IMG/VR virus record: IMGVR_UViG_3300000271_000006
Location: 1-64,000 of that record
Source of the DNA: a virus
Strand: one strand, 5' to 3'
Length of the DNA stretch: 64,000 nucleotides
A model generated the notes under the pieces. It had not been told where the DNA came from. It did not search any database and saw nothing but the letters and a program-made list of their open reading frames with translations. Below are positions 6,538-13,738 of this stretch, piece by piece (the first letter of the stretch is position 1; each line of letters begins with the position of its first letter). Made by a program: the position numbers and the translations under genes.

Positions 6538-7546
6538 TTAAGCCTAATTATTCATTTCAACTCATCCCGTTGAGTAAACCTGCTTTCGCGGCAAGCCAAC
6601 GCTGCGCTCTCGCATTGCGTACCGTTTCGCGCCCTCCCCAAACAACCACCGTCCTACCAAGAAAGAAGAGCCGTCGCCACCAAGAGAGAGCCCATGGGAC
6701 TAAGGGAATGCTAGGGGGCAGCGAGCGTTAGCGAGCTGGTGAGGGAATGCGGTTGCCCGGTGGGCCAGGCCTTTGCCTCGCATGGCCGTGTCTCTGCGGG
6801 AACGCGGAGCAGGGCTTAAGGGTGGTACTTTCTGAGACTATATCTCAATAGCCAAGCCAAACAAAGTTAGGTGAGACTAACTTTCCTACCCAACCCTAAG
6901 CACTGCAAGCCCTTAGCTCTACCGAGGTAGGGCCAAACCCAGCATCCTGCCGGCCCGATCCCGGGTCAAAGCAGGCCAGGCAAGTCCCTTGCGGTCTCAA
7001 TTGGGTAGGGGTTATGTTAGGATTCCGGCATTATTGCCATTCTGGCCGGTGGGGACTTCCCATATCCTAACGTTTTCCACGGTCCACAAGGTACCTTATG
7101 TCTAGTCAACTGTTAGCTTTAGGGTTGGATAAGACTATTAGGCTATGCTAAGGATCTTAGTCTAGGCTAATTCTGCCGCCGGACTGGCAGCTACCGACCA
7201 CCGGGGGTACCCCCACCCCCGCTTCTGGGGGCCTACGTCAAAAATGGGTACCCACCACCCTGAGGCACGTGAAGACTGGTTGCTCGGTAGTTTGAGGGCC
7301 AATAGACCCTCACGCCCATGAGCAATTGCTTTATGGATATTTCATGGCCAAGGCCCCACCACTCCCTTTAAGGGTTGGGGGATTAGGGGCCTATGGGTCT
7401 AAGTTGGCCCCTAAAAATTTTTTTGGGTGGTTTGGGGTTTGGGGGATGGCCGGAAGTGGGCTTTACGTGGCTTATACGGGGCTTTTGTGGCTTGGGGTAG
7501 GCTGGGGTAGGGGTTTGGCCTTAAAGGCCCGTAAAAGGCAAGGAAA

Positions 7547-7583
7547 GGGCAAAAGAAAAGGCCTACCCGGTTAAAGGTAGGCC
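7547..7583 (-). terminator. intrinsic terminator after gene 7676..8194
   Basis: Minus strand: GGCCTACC-TTTAACCG-GGTAGGCC followed by TTTTCTTTTG. Confidence 0.55.
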
Positions 7584-7675
7584 GTGGGGAGTTTGGGGCT
7601 TGGTGTGGTGGTTGGCTTACTTAATCAGATGGCTGATGTATTCGATGAGGTAGGGGGTTGGCGCGAAAGGTCTTC

Positions 7676-8194
7676 TTATTGCGACTTGATCTCAGTTTGG
7701 ATTTTCTTGATGAGGGCCTCAAGGTTGCCTACTCGCTCTTCAAGGGTCTTGGGGGTGGGGCCGGGGAGGGGCGGCAAGGTAGCTTCACCCGCGCACCATT
7801 TGTAAACCTGCTCCCAGAAGTCGTGCCCTTGGGGGGACGCCGCCCAATCAAACGCACCGAGCAGGGCATCCGCTACGTCAGACGAGGTGGTCAAATTGAG
7901 CGATCCCTCATCGAAGTTCTTGATGGCGAGGTCGCGGTAGCCGTCCGGAAGCTCCATGAGCCAGTCCTTGATGGTCTTGGGCTTGGCGGGTTCTTCCTTT
8001 TTGGGGAGGAAGTGGCCGGAGGCGATCTTGGGTTTGGCGATGCGGTAAAAGTACACGCCCCAAGACCATGATGGGTTAGGGTTGGGGTCATAGCCTTTGC
8101 CGAAAAGGCTATACTCCACCGGCTTGCCTTCCTTTGCGGCCTGCATTACGGCGATCTTGTAGTCCAGGCTGTCTTCGTATTCGTGGATATTCAT
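7676..8194 (-). CDS. hypothetical protein
   Basis: ORF track, 172 aa. Contains the GAFDWAASPQGHDFWEQVY motif. Followed by an intrinsic terminator at 7547..7583. Confidence 0.65.
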   Translation of the reverse strand: MNIHEYEDSLDYKIAVMQAAKEGKPVEYSLFGKGYDPNPNPSWSWGVYFYRIAKPKIASGHFLPKKEEPAKPKTIKDWLMELPDGYRDLAIKNFDEGSLNLTTSSDVADALLGAFDWAASPQGHDFWEQVYKWCAGEATLPPLPGPTPKTLEERVGNLEALIKKIQTEIKSQ

Positions 8195-8206
8195 TTGGTT
8201 TGTTAC

Positions 8207-8255
8207 TTGAGACTAAGTCTCATTACTTTTGAGTATTTGAGACTAAGCCTCATTA
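8207..8255. promoter_or_regulatory. two copies of a 19-nt repeat containing the palindrome TGAGACTaAGTCTCA
   Basis: TTGAGACTAAGTCTCATTA (8207..8225) and TTGAGACTAAGCCTCATTA (8237..8255), between and overlapping genes 8243..8521 and 7676..8194. TGAGACTA half-sites also occur at 6833 and 6872. Confidence 0.4.
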
Positions 8256-8521
8256 GTATTGTTGTGGTTTATGGCTTCGTCGGGGAGGCCGTAATCTTTA
8301 GGGTTGGGCCGGTAGTCGAGCCCAAACATTAGCGCCCAAATGGCATCTGCCCGCATGAAGCAGTAGCTGGCTACGTTGGGCTGGCCGTCCAGCTTGGCGT
8401 AGTACCCTGCCACCTGAAGGGCGACCGCGATTTTTGTAAGGGAGGGTTGCTGGAACTTGATCCAAGCCTTCTTGTACCAAGGAATCTCGGCGATGGCATT
8501 CTGTGCTTCTAGTAGGGTCAT
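8243..8521 (-). CDS. hypothetical protein
   Basis: ORF track 8243..8626. ATG 8521 (MTLLEAQNAIAEIPWYKK...) makes an ATGA overlap with 8518..8727. Confidence 0.55.
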   Translation of the reverse strand: MTLLEAQNAIAEIPWYKKAWIKFQQPSLTKIAVALQVAGYYAKLDGQPNVASYCFMRADAIWALMFGLDYRPNPKDYGLPDEAINHNNTNEA

Positions 8522-8727
8522 GCTAATTTGGGTTCGTGGGTAAATTGCCTTTTGCAGGTTTCGCAGCGCCAGACTGCGGGAATCGTTTGGCAGTTGGCAA
8601 GCACAATCCGGCAATCTTCCGCACAATAGGGACAGTCAGGCTTGTTGTCGTTGAGGTAGTCCCGCCGCGCAATCAGTTCATCAACGATGCGCCGGGCCTC
8701 CCTGTCCATGTGGCTGAAGTCTTTCAC
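8518..8727 (-). CDS. zinc-ribbon-like small protein
   Basis: ORF track, 69 aa, with CPYC...C...CETC spacing. Confidence 0.6.
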   Translation of the reverse strand: MKDFSHMDREARRIVDELIARRDYLNDNKPDCPYCAEDCRIVLANCQTIPAVWRCETCKRQFTHEPKLA

Positions 8728-9032
8728 CGTGTCTCGTAGAGCAGGATCAGTCTTTCGGCCCGATCAACCAAGGGAAGTCGGGATTTTAGGCTAGTAGAGT
8801 CTCTAATACCAAGCATAATGGATTCTACTGAGTCTGATCCAAGCCTCGGCAAATATCCGGCAAGTATGAGGTTTCGTATTTCCCATAGCCGGTGGAGTAG
8901 TTTTTCAAGGTATTCCGTCACGACCCATTCCTCCGAGTCAATCGAGTAGGCTTCTCCGCAATCCTCACAGTAAAACCCGCCAAGAACGAGCTGGCGGTTG
9001 CGATGGGTGCAGTATTCCGGGTTAAGCCTCAA
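8724..9032 (-). CDS. hypothetical protein
   Basis: ORF track, 102 aa; ATGA overlap downstream. Confidence 0.6.
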   Translation of the reverse strand: MRLNPEYCTHRNRQLVLGGFYCEDCGEAYSIDSEEWVVTEYLEKLLHRLWEIRNLILAGYLPRLGSDSVESIMLGIRDSTSLKSRLPLVDRAERLILLYETR

Positions 9033-9348
9033 CCGAGTAGTCGGTCGCGTCGTTTAGCGACTGAGGGCCAAAATAAAGGACCATCCTGATCCATGGCCCA
9101 TCCTCGCCATCCCCCTCGTCCTTGAGGACGGTAAGCCCGCCCGTGCTGTTTACTCTATTCCCGCGCTTGGCGGAATCTTCCATCATGTCAATGGCTTGGG
9201 TAATCATTTCGCCGATGGAAGGCACGCGCATTTCACCATCCATAAACCACTCCCAGTTGGTTGCCACCATCATCTTGTGGGCCTCTTCCCAGTCAAAAAT
9301 AGCAACGACTTCCTTGATCTGCTTCTTGATTGCTTGGTCTTTAGTCAT
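9022..9348 (-). CDS. hypothetical protein
   Basis: ORF track 9022..9618. ATG 9348 (MTKDQAIKKQIKEVVAIFDWEEAHK...) preferred. Confidence 0.6.
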   Translation of the reverse strand: MTKDQAIKKQIKEVVAIFDWEEAHKMMVATNWEWFMDGEMRVPSIGEMITQAIDMMEDSAKRGNRVNSTGGLTVLKDEGDGEDGPWIRMVLYFGPQSLNDATDYSVEA

Positions 9349-9688
9349 GGCGATGTGATTTGAATTCGCGAGTGCCGACAAACCATAGCTTGCTCTTGGG
9401 TATTCGGTTGGGTGTGCGGTATTCCGCCATCCACCAGTTTTCCTTCCCTTTGTGGGTATGGTCAAGTGGTACGGCAACGTTTGACCAGCAACACCAAAGG
9501 TCCCATGACTGAGGCTTTTGATGGGTTGCCGATAAAGCCCACGAGACGGTGGGGTAGCGCGAAAAGCAGATGTAGGACGGGTTCCATTGCCCACAAACAG
9601 ACTTCTTGCCCGGCACAAGCCCGTACTTTTTGATGGATGCCCGATTTTTGCTTGGGCTCCAGTGGTAGAGCATAAAAGGCCTAGTCAT
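9341..9688 (-). CDS. hypothetical protein
   Basis: ORF track, 115 aa. The N-terminal LYHWSPSKNRASIKKYGLVPGKK loosely recalls Tpt1/ART-fold openings, but this is too weak to call. Confidence 0.55.
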   Translation of the reverse strand: MTRPFMLYHWSPSKNRASIKKYGLVPGKKSVCGQWNPSYICFSRYPTVSWALSATHQKPQSWDLWCCWSNVAVPLDHTHKGKENWWMAEYRTPNRIPKSKLWFVGTREFKSHRHD

Positions 9689-9783
9689 GCGCCAAATGCC
9701 ATTAGTCCAAGCACAATTGCGGTAACGTAGTTTCCTTCAAGTAAATGAAGGAAGGCAAGAAAGAAGGCAATTAGTTCAATCAT
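9685..9783 (-). CDS. 32-aa hydrophobic micro-protein
   Basis: Own translation: MIELIAFFLAFLHLLEGNYVTAIVLGLMAFGA. ATGA overlap with 9341..9688. Confidence 0.4.
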   Translation of the reverse strand: MIELIAFFLAFLHLLEGNYVTAIVLGLMAFGA

Positions 9784-9907
9784 GGCGCTTGGGTTTCTTA
9801 TCTTTTCGGTCGATTAGGATGGAGAGGCCGTAGAGGATGGAAGGGGCGGTTATGACGGCAAGCGTCACGACCCCAACGAAAAACGACGTTGCCTCCCATT
9901 TATTCAT
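9776..9907 (-). CDS. 43-aa single-pass membrane protein
   Basis: ORF track 9776..9967. ATG 9907 (MNKWEATSFFVGVVTLAVITAPSILYGLSILIDRKDKKPKRHD) makes an ATGA overlap with 9904..10461. Confidence 0.45.
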   Translation of the reverse strand: MNKWEATSFFVGVVTLAVITAPSILYGLSILIDRKDKKPKRHD

Positions 9908-10461
9908 GGCTTCTTTTGAAGGAGAAAGGAGGACCAAGCGCAGGTTGTCAAGCCGGTAAGCTCCCAATCAGATTCTAGGCAGAAGTCTTCAACGGCCTCG
10001 ATTACGCCGAATCCCGCCTGCCGGCACCAGCCATTGTCAATGAAGTCGTGGCCCATAAGCCAGCCAGTGGGTTTGACGACCCTTGACCATGCGCGGAGGT
10101 CTTCCAGCACATGCTCATAGCTGTGGTTCGCGTCGATGTAGGCAAAGTCCAAGGAGCCTTGGGGAAGGCGCGAAGCCGCTTCCAATGATGTCATGCGGTG
10201 AATCTTGGCTCGGTAGTAGCCACCAAAGAGACCGAGGACGTAGCGGTAGTTCTCGTCCTGCGCACCTTGGGGCACGTTGGCCGGGTCGCCGTCATAGCCG
10301 GAATCAAAGTGGACCCAAGGGTCAACGAGGTGGAGAAGCTCAACCTGGGTTTCGTGGAAGATTTCCTTGGAGAACTCGCCTCGCTGAACTCCAATCTCGG
10401 CTCCTACGGCCCCGCTTGGCAATGCCTTGACCATGGCAACCCTGTCGGCAAAGTACCTCAT
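9904..10461 (-). CDS. class I SAM-dependent methyltransferase (Methyltransf_24-like)
   Basis: ORF track, 185 aa. Motif I-like GAEIGVQRGEFS and the DFAYIDANHSYEHVLEDL signature are typical of this O-methyltransferase-like family. Confidence 0.75.
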   Translation of the reverse strand: MRYFADRVAMVKALPSGAVGAEIGVQRGEFSKEIFHETQVELLHLVDPWVHFDSGYDGDPANVPQGAQDENYRYVLGLFGGYYRAKIHRMTSLEAASRLPQGSLDFAYIDANHSYEHVLEDLRAWSRVVKPTGWLMGHDFIDNGWCRQAGFGVIEAVEDFCLESDWELTGLTTCAWSSFLLQKKP

Positions 10462-11027
10462 TTGATTTTTCCTTTGCTAGCCTTGAAAAGCAGGTTCTTT
10501 ACGTGCCAATAGACGGTAATGCCGATGGATCGCCACCACAAATGGCGGACCTTCATGCCCTCAAACTTGGGCTTGCAGCCAAAGCGGTAGCAGTAGGAGA
10601 TGGGTTCGCCGCCGATGCGGGACCAGCGCCGGAAGACGTTGCCGGTCGGGTCCCCTTGGTCAACGTGCGCCCAATTGCCAATTTCAATGTCGCAGACCTT
10701 GGGTTTGCCGACAATGAACCAGTCGTCAAATTGGTTGTTCCGCGAATCCCCCTTCCATGTGAGGACGTACTTGCCCTTGGGGAGGCAGGTGAAGTTTGAG
10801 AGGGCGTTCCCTCGGTTGCGATTTGCCCCATCCACGCAATCCTCCCGCCCGCCTACGACGTAAAAGGAGTCAAAGGTTACGTTCTCACATTGATGGATTT
10901 TGCAGGTATCGTCCCAAGACAGGGGCTTAAACCCAATTGCAATTGGGTCAAGATGCTCGCCGACGATCTTGGAACCGGGTTCAAGCCGGGAGTAGGACTT
11001 GTAGTTAACGTCTATCTTGTTGCTCAT
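10458..11027 (-). CDS. hypothetical protein
   Basis: ORF track, 189 aa; ATGA overlaps at both ends. Confidence 0.65.
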   Translation of the reverse strand: MSNKIDVNYKSYSRLEPGSKIVGEHLDPIAIGFKPLSWDDTCKIHQCENVTFDSFYVVGGREDCVDGANRNRGNALSNFTCLPKGKYVLTWKGDSRNNQFDDWFIVGKPKVCDIEIGNWAHVDQGDPTGNVFRRWSRIGGEPISYCYRFGCKPKFEGMKVRHLWWRSIGITVYWHVKNLLFKASKGKIK

Positions 11028-11191
11028 TTGCGGACCTTCCTTTGGCTGGCTACTTTGGTTGTTTCCTTTTTCCGGAAAATGGAATCGTAGTTATCGCGGA
11101 ACTTAGGTCCGAGATTGCGAGCGGGCCACGAGCCCTTCCCGTTGCCGGAAAGCTGATAAGACGATGCCTTGTGGGGAGTGGGTGTGCTCAT
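11024..11191 (-). CDS. hypothetical protein (55 aa)
   Basis: Own translation: MSTPTPHKASSYQLSGNGKGSWPARNLGPKFRDNYDSIFRKKETTKVASQRKVRK. ATGA overlaps at both ends. Confidence 0.45.
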   Translation of the reverse strand: MSTPTPHKASSYQLSGNGKGSWPARNLGPKFRDNYDSIFRKKETTKVASQRKVRK

Positions 11192-11592
11192 TTGATTGAT
11201 CGTTCAATGATTTGCTGAAACAGGTACTGAGAGAAGTAGGTGTAGAACTCGCAGCTCTCATTGCAAGGCAGAAATCCTATTTGCCTCCCAATGAACAAGG
11301 TCGCATGGGTTGCCTCGTGGAGAATCGCGCCAAGCGTTTCAACCTTGGGCGATACGGACTCCAGCCAGATAAGCGCCCCTCCGTCAAGCTCCCAGCATCC
11401 CCCGCCAAGCTGGGACTCGTGGGGTGCTTGCAGTTCGTCGCTGAGGCCGAGGAGGCCAGCCCTTCGGGCAAAGGAGGTCAGCCCCTTGATTGTTGGCGGG
11501 CCAACCCACACCCCAACCTCAAAGGGAAAGATTGGGTTCTTGATTACGAACTTCCGAACCCTTGCCTTCGAGGTGCGCTTTGATTTGCCCAT
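11188..11592 (-). CDS. putative zinc metallopeptidase (HExxH)
   Basis: ORF track, 134 aa, with an AILHEATHA motif. Confidence 0.55.
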   Translation of the reverse strand: MGKSKRTSKARVRKFVIKNPIFPFEVGVWVGPPTIKGLTSFARRAGLLGLSDELQAPHESQLGGGCWELDGGALIWLESVSPKVETLGAILHEATHATLFIGRQIGFLPCNESCEFYTYFSQYLFQQIIERSIK

Positions 11593-11612
11593 AAATGCGG
11601 TTTCCTTGGCCT

Positions 11613-12251
11613 TTACGGCGTTTTCTCGCTTGGGCTAGGCTCTTGGCCCAATCTGCCCCCGTTATTGTCTGAAATTGGCTTGGATCGGTCGTCCAAAGCC
11701 CGTCCGTCAATTTCGTTTTCAATGATGTATGCGAGCCTAATCATAGCGTGGGCCAATGGATGGCATTTGCTTTCGTGATCCTCATTGCAGCCGTTGAGGT
11801 AGTCGCGGATATGCCGGAGTGCGCAAGAGGCGTTTCGAGTAACCTCAAGCCCGCGCTTCCAGTTATCCCATTCCCCGTACTTCCCATAGCCGTATGCCTG
11901 AACGTTCGCCATCTCATCCAGCGCCTTCCACGGCAGCCGGGCCAACGGCGGTTTACCGTCGTCGTGCGTTGCGGCCTTCCCGTCGGCCCCCGTTGACGCC
12001 GCCGTCCGAGCATCCTTCCAAGTCGGGTCGGTGTCTCCCTGCTTGGCTACGGGGAGCTTGCGGTAAATGTTCCAGCCACATGACAATGCAACCGGGTACT
12101 CTGCCAATAAATCGCCGATCATATCACACTTTATGAAGTATTTCGGTGCGCCATGCAAAACCCACATATCACCTTCGCGTAGGCGCTCATTCCTGCTAAT
12201 TGCCTGCCATCCGCCAAGGTCTTTAGGAAGGTCTTCGTTATTTGTGCTCAT
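11613..12251 (-). CDS. DUF5664-like (dATP/dGTP pyrophosphohydrolase N-domain-like) protein
   Basis: ORF track, 212 aa. The C-terminal half DDGKPPLARLPWKALDEMANVQAYGYGKYGEWDNWKRGLEVTRNASCALRHI...HPLAHAMIRLAYIIE matches the family pattern from memory. Confidence 0.6.
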   Translation of the reverse strand: MSTNNEDLPKDLGGWQAISRNERLREGDMWVLHGAPKYFIKCDMIGDLLAEYPVALSCGWNIYRKLPVAKQGDTDPTWKDARTAASTGADGKAATHDDGKPPLARLPWKALDEMANVQAYGYGKYGEWDNWKRGLEVTRNASCALRHIRDYLNGCNEDHESKCHPLAHAMIRLAYIIENEIDGRALDDRSKPISDNNGGRLGQEPSPSEKTP

Positions 12252-12504
12252 TAGGGTCTAGGAATAGGCAGTCAATTAGTTCAGTTGGTACGGCTACGGC
12301 TTCGGAGTCGCCCACCTTGACGACCCTGGCCTTTTTGTTTCGGACCAGAGTACGAAGGTTTACGCGAAGCCTGTCAATCGGAAATGAGGTGAAGGTGGAT
12401 GAATCTTTGGTTTGCGCGGTTCGGACGGTAAAGAATCGGTCCCGCTCCGTCAGGAACCCGCAATCCTGCCCCCTCTTGCGGTATTGGAAGACGACTTCCG
12501 TCAT
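12238..12504 (-). CDS. hypothetical protein
   Basis: ORF track, 88 aa. Confidence 0.55.
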   Translation of the reverse strand: MTEVVFQYRKRGQDCGFLTERDRFFTVRTAQTKDSSTFTSFPIDRLRVNLRTLVRNKKARVVKVGDSEAVAVPTELIDCLFLDPNEHK

Positions 12505-12719
12505 GGCCCTTCAAAGTATTTGTCAATCTGCTTTTGCCAAGGGGCGTTGAGCTTATCCAGCTCGTCGGCAATCCATCGCAAGTGGTGGCTCGATAAATGG
12601 CCACCAAAGTCAGCCGATGGCTACCAATACACAAAGCCATCAACGTCGGTCACAAACTCGCCACGATCATCGCATAGCTTGATAAGTCTATCGCGGATGG
12701 CTTCCGATTCCTTATTCAT
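12501..12719 (-). pseudogene. 72-codon ORF interrupted by an in-frame TAG (12621..12623)
   Basis: Own translation: MNKESEAIRDRLIKLCDDRGEFVTDVDGFVYW-TAG-PSADFGGHLSSHHLRWIADELDKLNAPWQKQIDKYFEGP. ATGA overlaps with both neighbours, and both halves look protein-like. Confidence 0.5.
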
Positions 12720-12931
12720 ACCATTGCCCACCTGCTTACAAGGGTTTCGCAGCCGGCCTTAAGGGCAGACGCTTTGTTTTCGCGGGTCGGCCCCCCAATC
12801 AGCACCATACCCACGGGATCGGCCCAAACGGCACTGAAGCCTCCTTTGGTTGAGTCAATGCGAAGCCCAATGCCAAGTTGGGATGCTGCGTAGCAGATGG
12901 TGCCACAGTAGCGGATTGCGTCCTCGTCCAT
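12716..12931 (-). CDS. hypothetical protein
   Basis: ORF track, 71 aa. Its start abuts the shared 54-nt segment 12930..12983. Confidence 0.55.
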   Translation of the reverse strand: MDEDAIRYCGTICYAASQLGIGLRIDSTKGGFSAVWADPVGMVLIGGPTRENKASALKAGCETLVSRWAMV

Positions 12932-12983
12932 TAGTTAAACTTATTCACTACACGTCGGCATATCCGCCTTGTTGGGCGAAGAA
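12930..12983 (-). repeat. 54-nt segment shared (inverted) with 32715..32768
   Basis: Minus reading TTCTTCGCCCAACAAGGCGGATATGCCGACGTGTAGTGAATAAGTTTAACTAAT versus plus-strand TTCTTCGCCGAAGAAGGCGGATATGCCGACGTGCAGTGAATAAGTTTAACTAAT. Three to four mismatches. Confidence 0.85.
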
Positions 12984-13051
12984 GGGCGGGGCGATTCGAG
13001 GATGCCGCGAAGCTGGGCCTGATTTTCGTGTAGGGCTTCAACGCTCATCAT
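12941..13051 (-). CDS. 36-aa ORF ending in KADMPTCSE (last ORF of accessory array A)
   Basis: ORF track 12941..13201. ATG 13051 gives MMSVEALHENQAQLRGILESPRPSSPNKADMPTCSE. The C-terminus is encoded by the 54-nt segment shared with 32715..32768. Confidence 0.35.
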   Translation of the reverse strand: MMSVEALHENQAQLRGILESPRPSSPNKADMPTCSE

Positions 13052-13310
13052 CTGTCCTCCGTTCGGTCGGGCGCGGCTCATGTGCGACGTTGGGCGAAAG
13101 AGCGGCCTTCGCTTTTTCGTAGATGCGCTCCGCTTCGGCGGCGATGCCGTGCTTGTCATCGTCTTCCCAGAACGCACGTTGTGCGATTGCGTCCTCTTCA
13201 AGCGTGTCCAGTGCCGCCGATAGCGCGCTCCGCAGTTGTTCGTTTTCGTGTGTGGAGGTCACTAGCTCAGCACGAAGCCGTCCGACCTCCTCCTTGTAGA
13301 AGTCTTGCAT
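13038..13310 (-). CDS. coiled-coil hypothetical protein (accessory ORF)
   Basis: ORF track 13038..13481. ATG 13310 (MQDFYKEEVGRLRAELV...) shares 1 nt with the stop of 13310..13684. Confidence 0.55.
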   Translation of the reverse strand: MQDFYKEEVGRLRAELVTSTHENEQLRSALSAALDTLEEDAIAQRAFWEDDDKHGIAAEAERIYEKAKAALSPNVAHEPRPTERRTDDER

Positions 13311-13684
13311 CACGACGCAGGCCCTCCCTCGCCACGGTTCACGCGATCCACTTCGTCTTCGACTTCTGGTGGGCATTGCGAGAAGTCCGCGTGCTTCGCC
13401 ACGAGCGCGATCACCCGGCGAAGATCTGCCAGTTGGTGCTCCTGCCATTCGACGGTGAGTTGCTTGTCGCGCTCTCCACACTTGTGAGCAGTCACCTCAC
13501 GCTCCAGCTTTTCGAGCGTATGGATTGCGCGGAATAGCGTGAGCGTTACGGGGTGTTGGTTCGCACGAAATTCGGCAGCCCACTCGCGGAGGTTGTCCAC
13601 GACATAAGGCACGCCCAACAAATCGCCAGAGACCAACGCGGGCCGCTCCACGGCCTGCGGATGTTGTGATGAGTTCGATTGCAT
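13310..13684 (-). CDS. hypothetical protein (accessory ORF)
   Basis: ORF track, 124 aa. The ATG lies in the loop of repeat 13614..13738. Confidence 0.6.
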   Translation of the reverse strand: MQSNSSQHPQAVERPALVSGDLLGVPYVVDNLREWAAEFRANQHPVTLTLFRAIHTLEKLEREVTAHKCGERDKQLTVEWQEHQLADLRRVIALVAKHADFSQCPPEVEDEVDRVNRGEGGPAS

Positions 13685-13738
13685 AGAGTGTTGGATTGAG
13701 TGAGAGCCCGGCCCGCGTGGCTCAGCCTTGGATGTTAT
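13614..13738 (-). repeat. attC-like structured inverted repeat (copy 6)
   Basis: GAGCCACGCGGGCCG-[loop with ATG 13684]-CGGCCCGCGTTGGTCTC-TGGCGATTT-GTTGGGC. 15 bp with two bulges. The stop of 13722..14051 lies at the 5' arm junction. Confidence 0.7.

Noticed and set aside
7326-7574. 82-aa Gly/Trp-rich plus-strand ORF in the spacer
   Set aside because: Its codon usage (GGG, TTA, AGG) is unlike all confident genes. It is generated by the G-tract repeats. It ends in the loop of a hairpin that functions as a minus-strand terminator. There is no RBS or promoter context.
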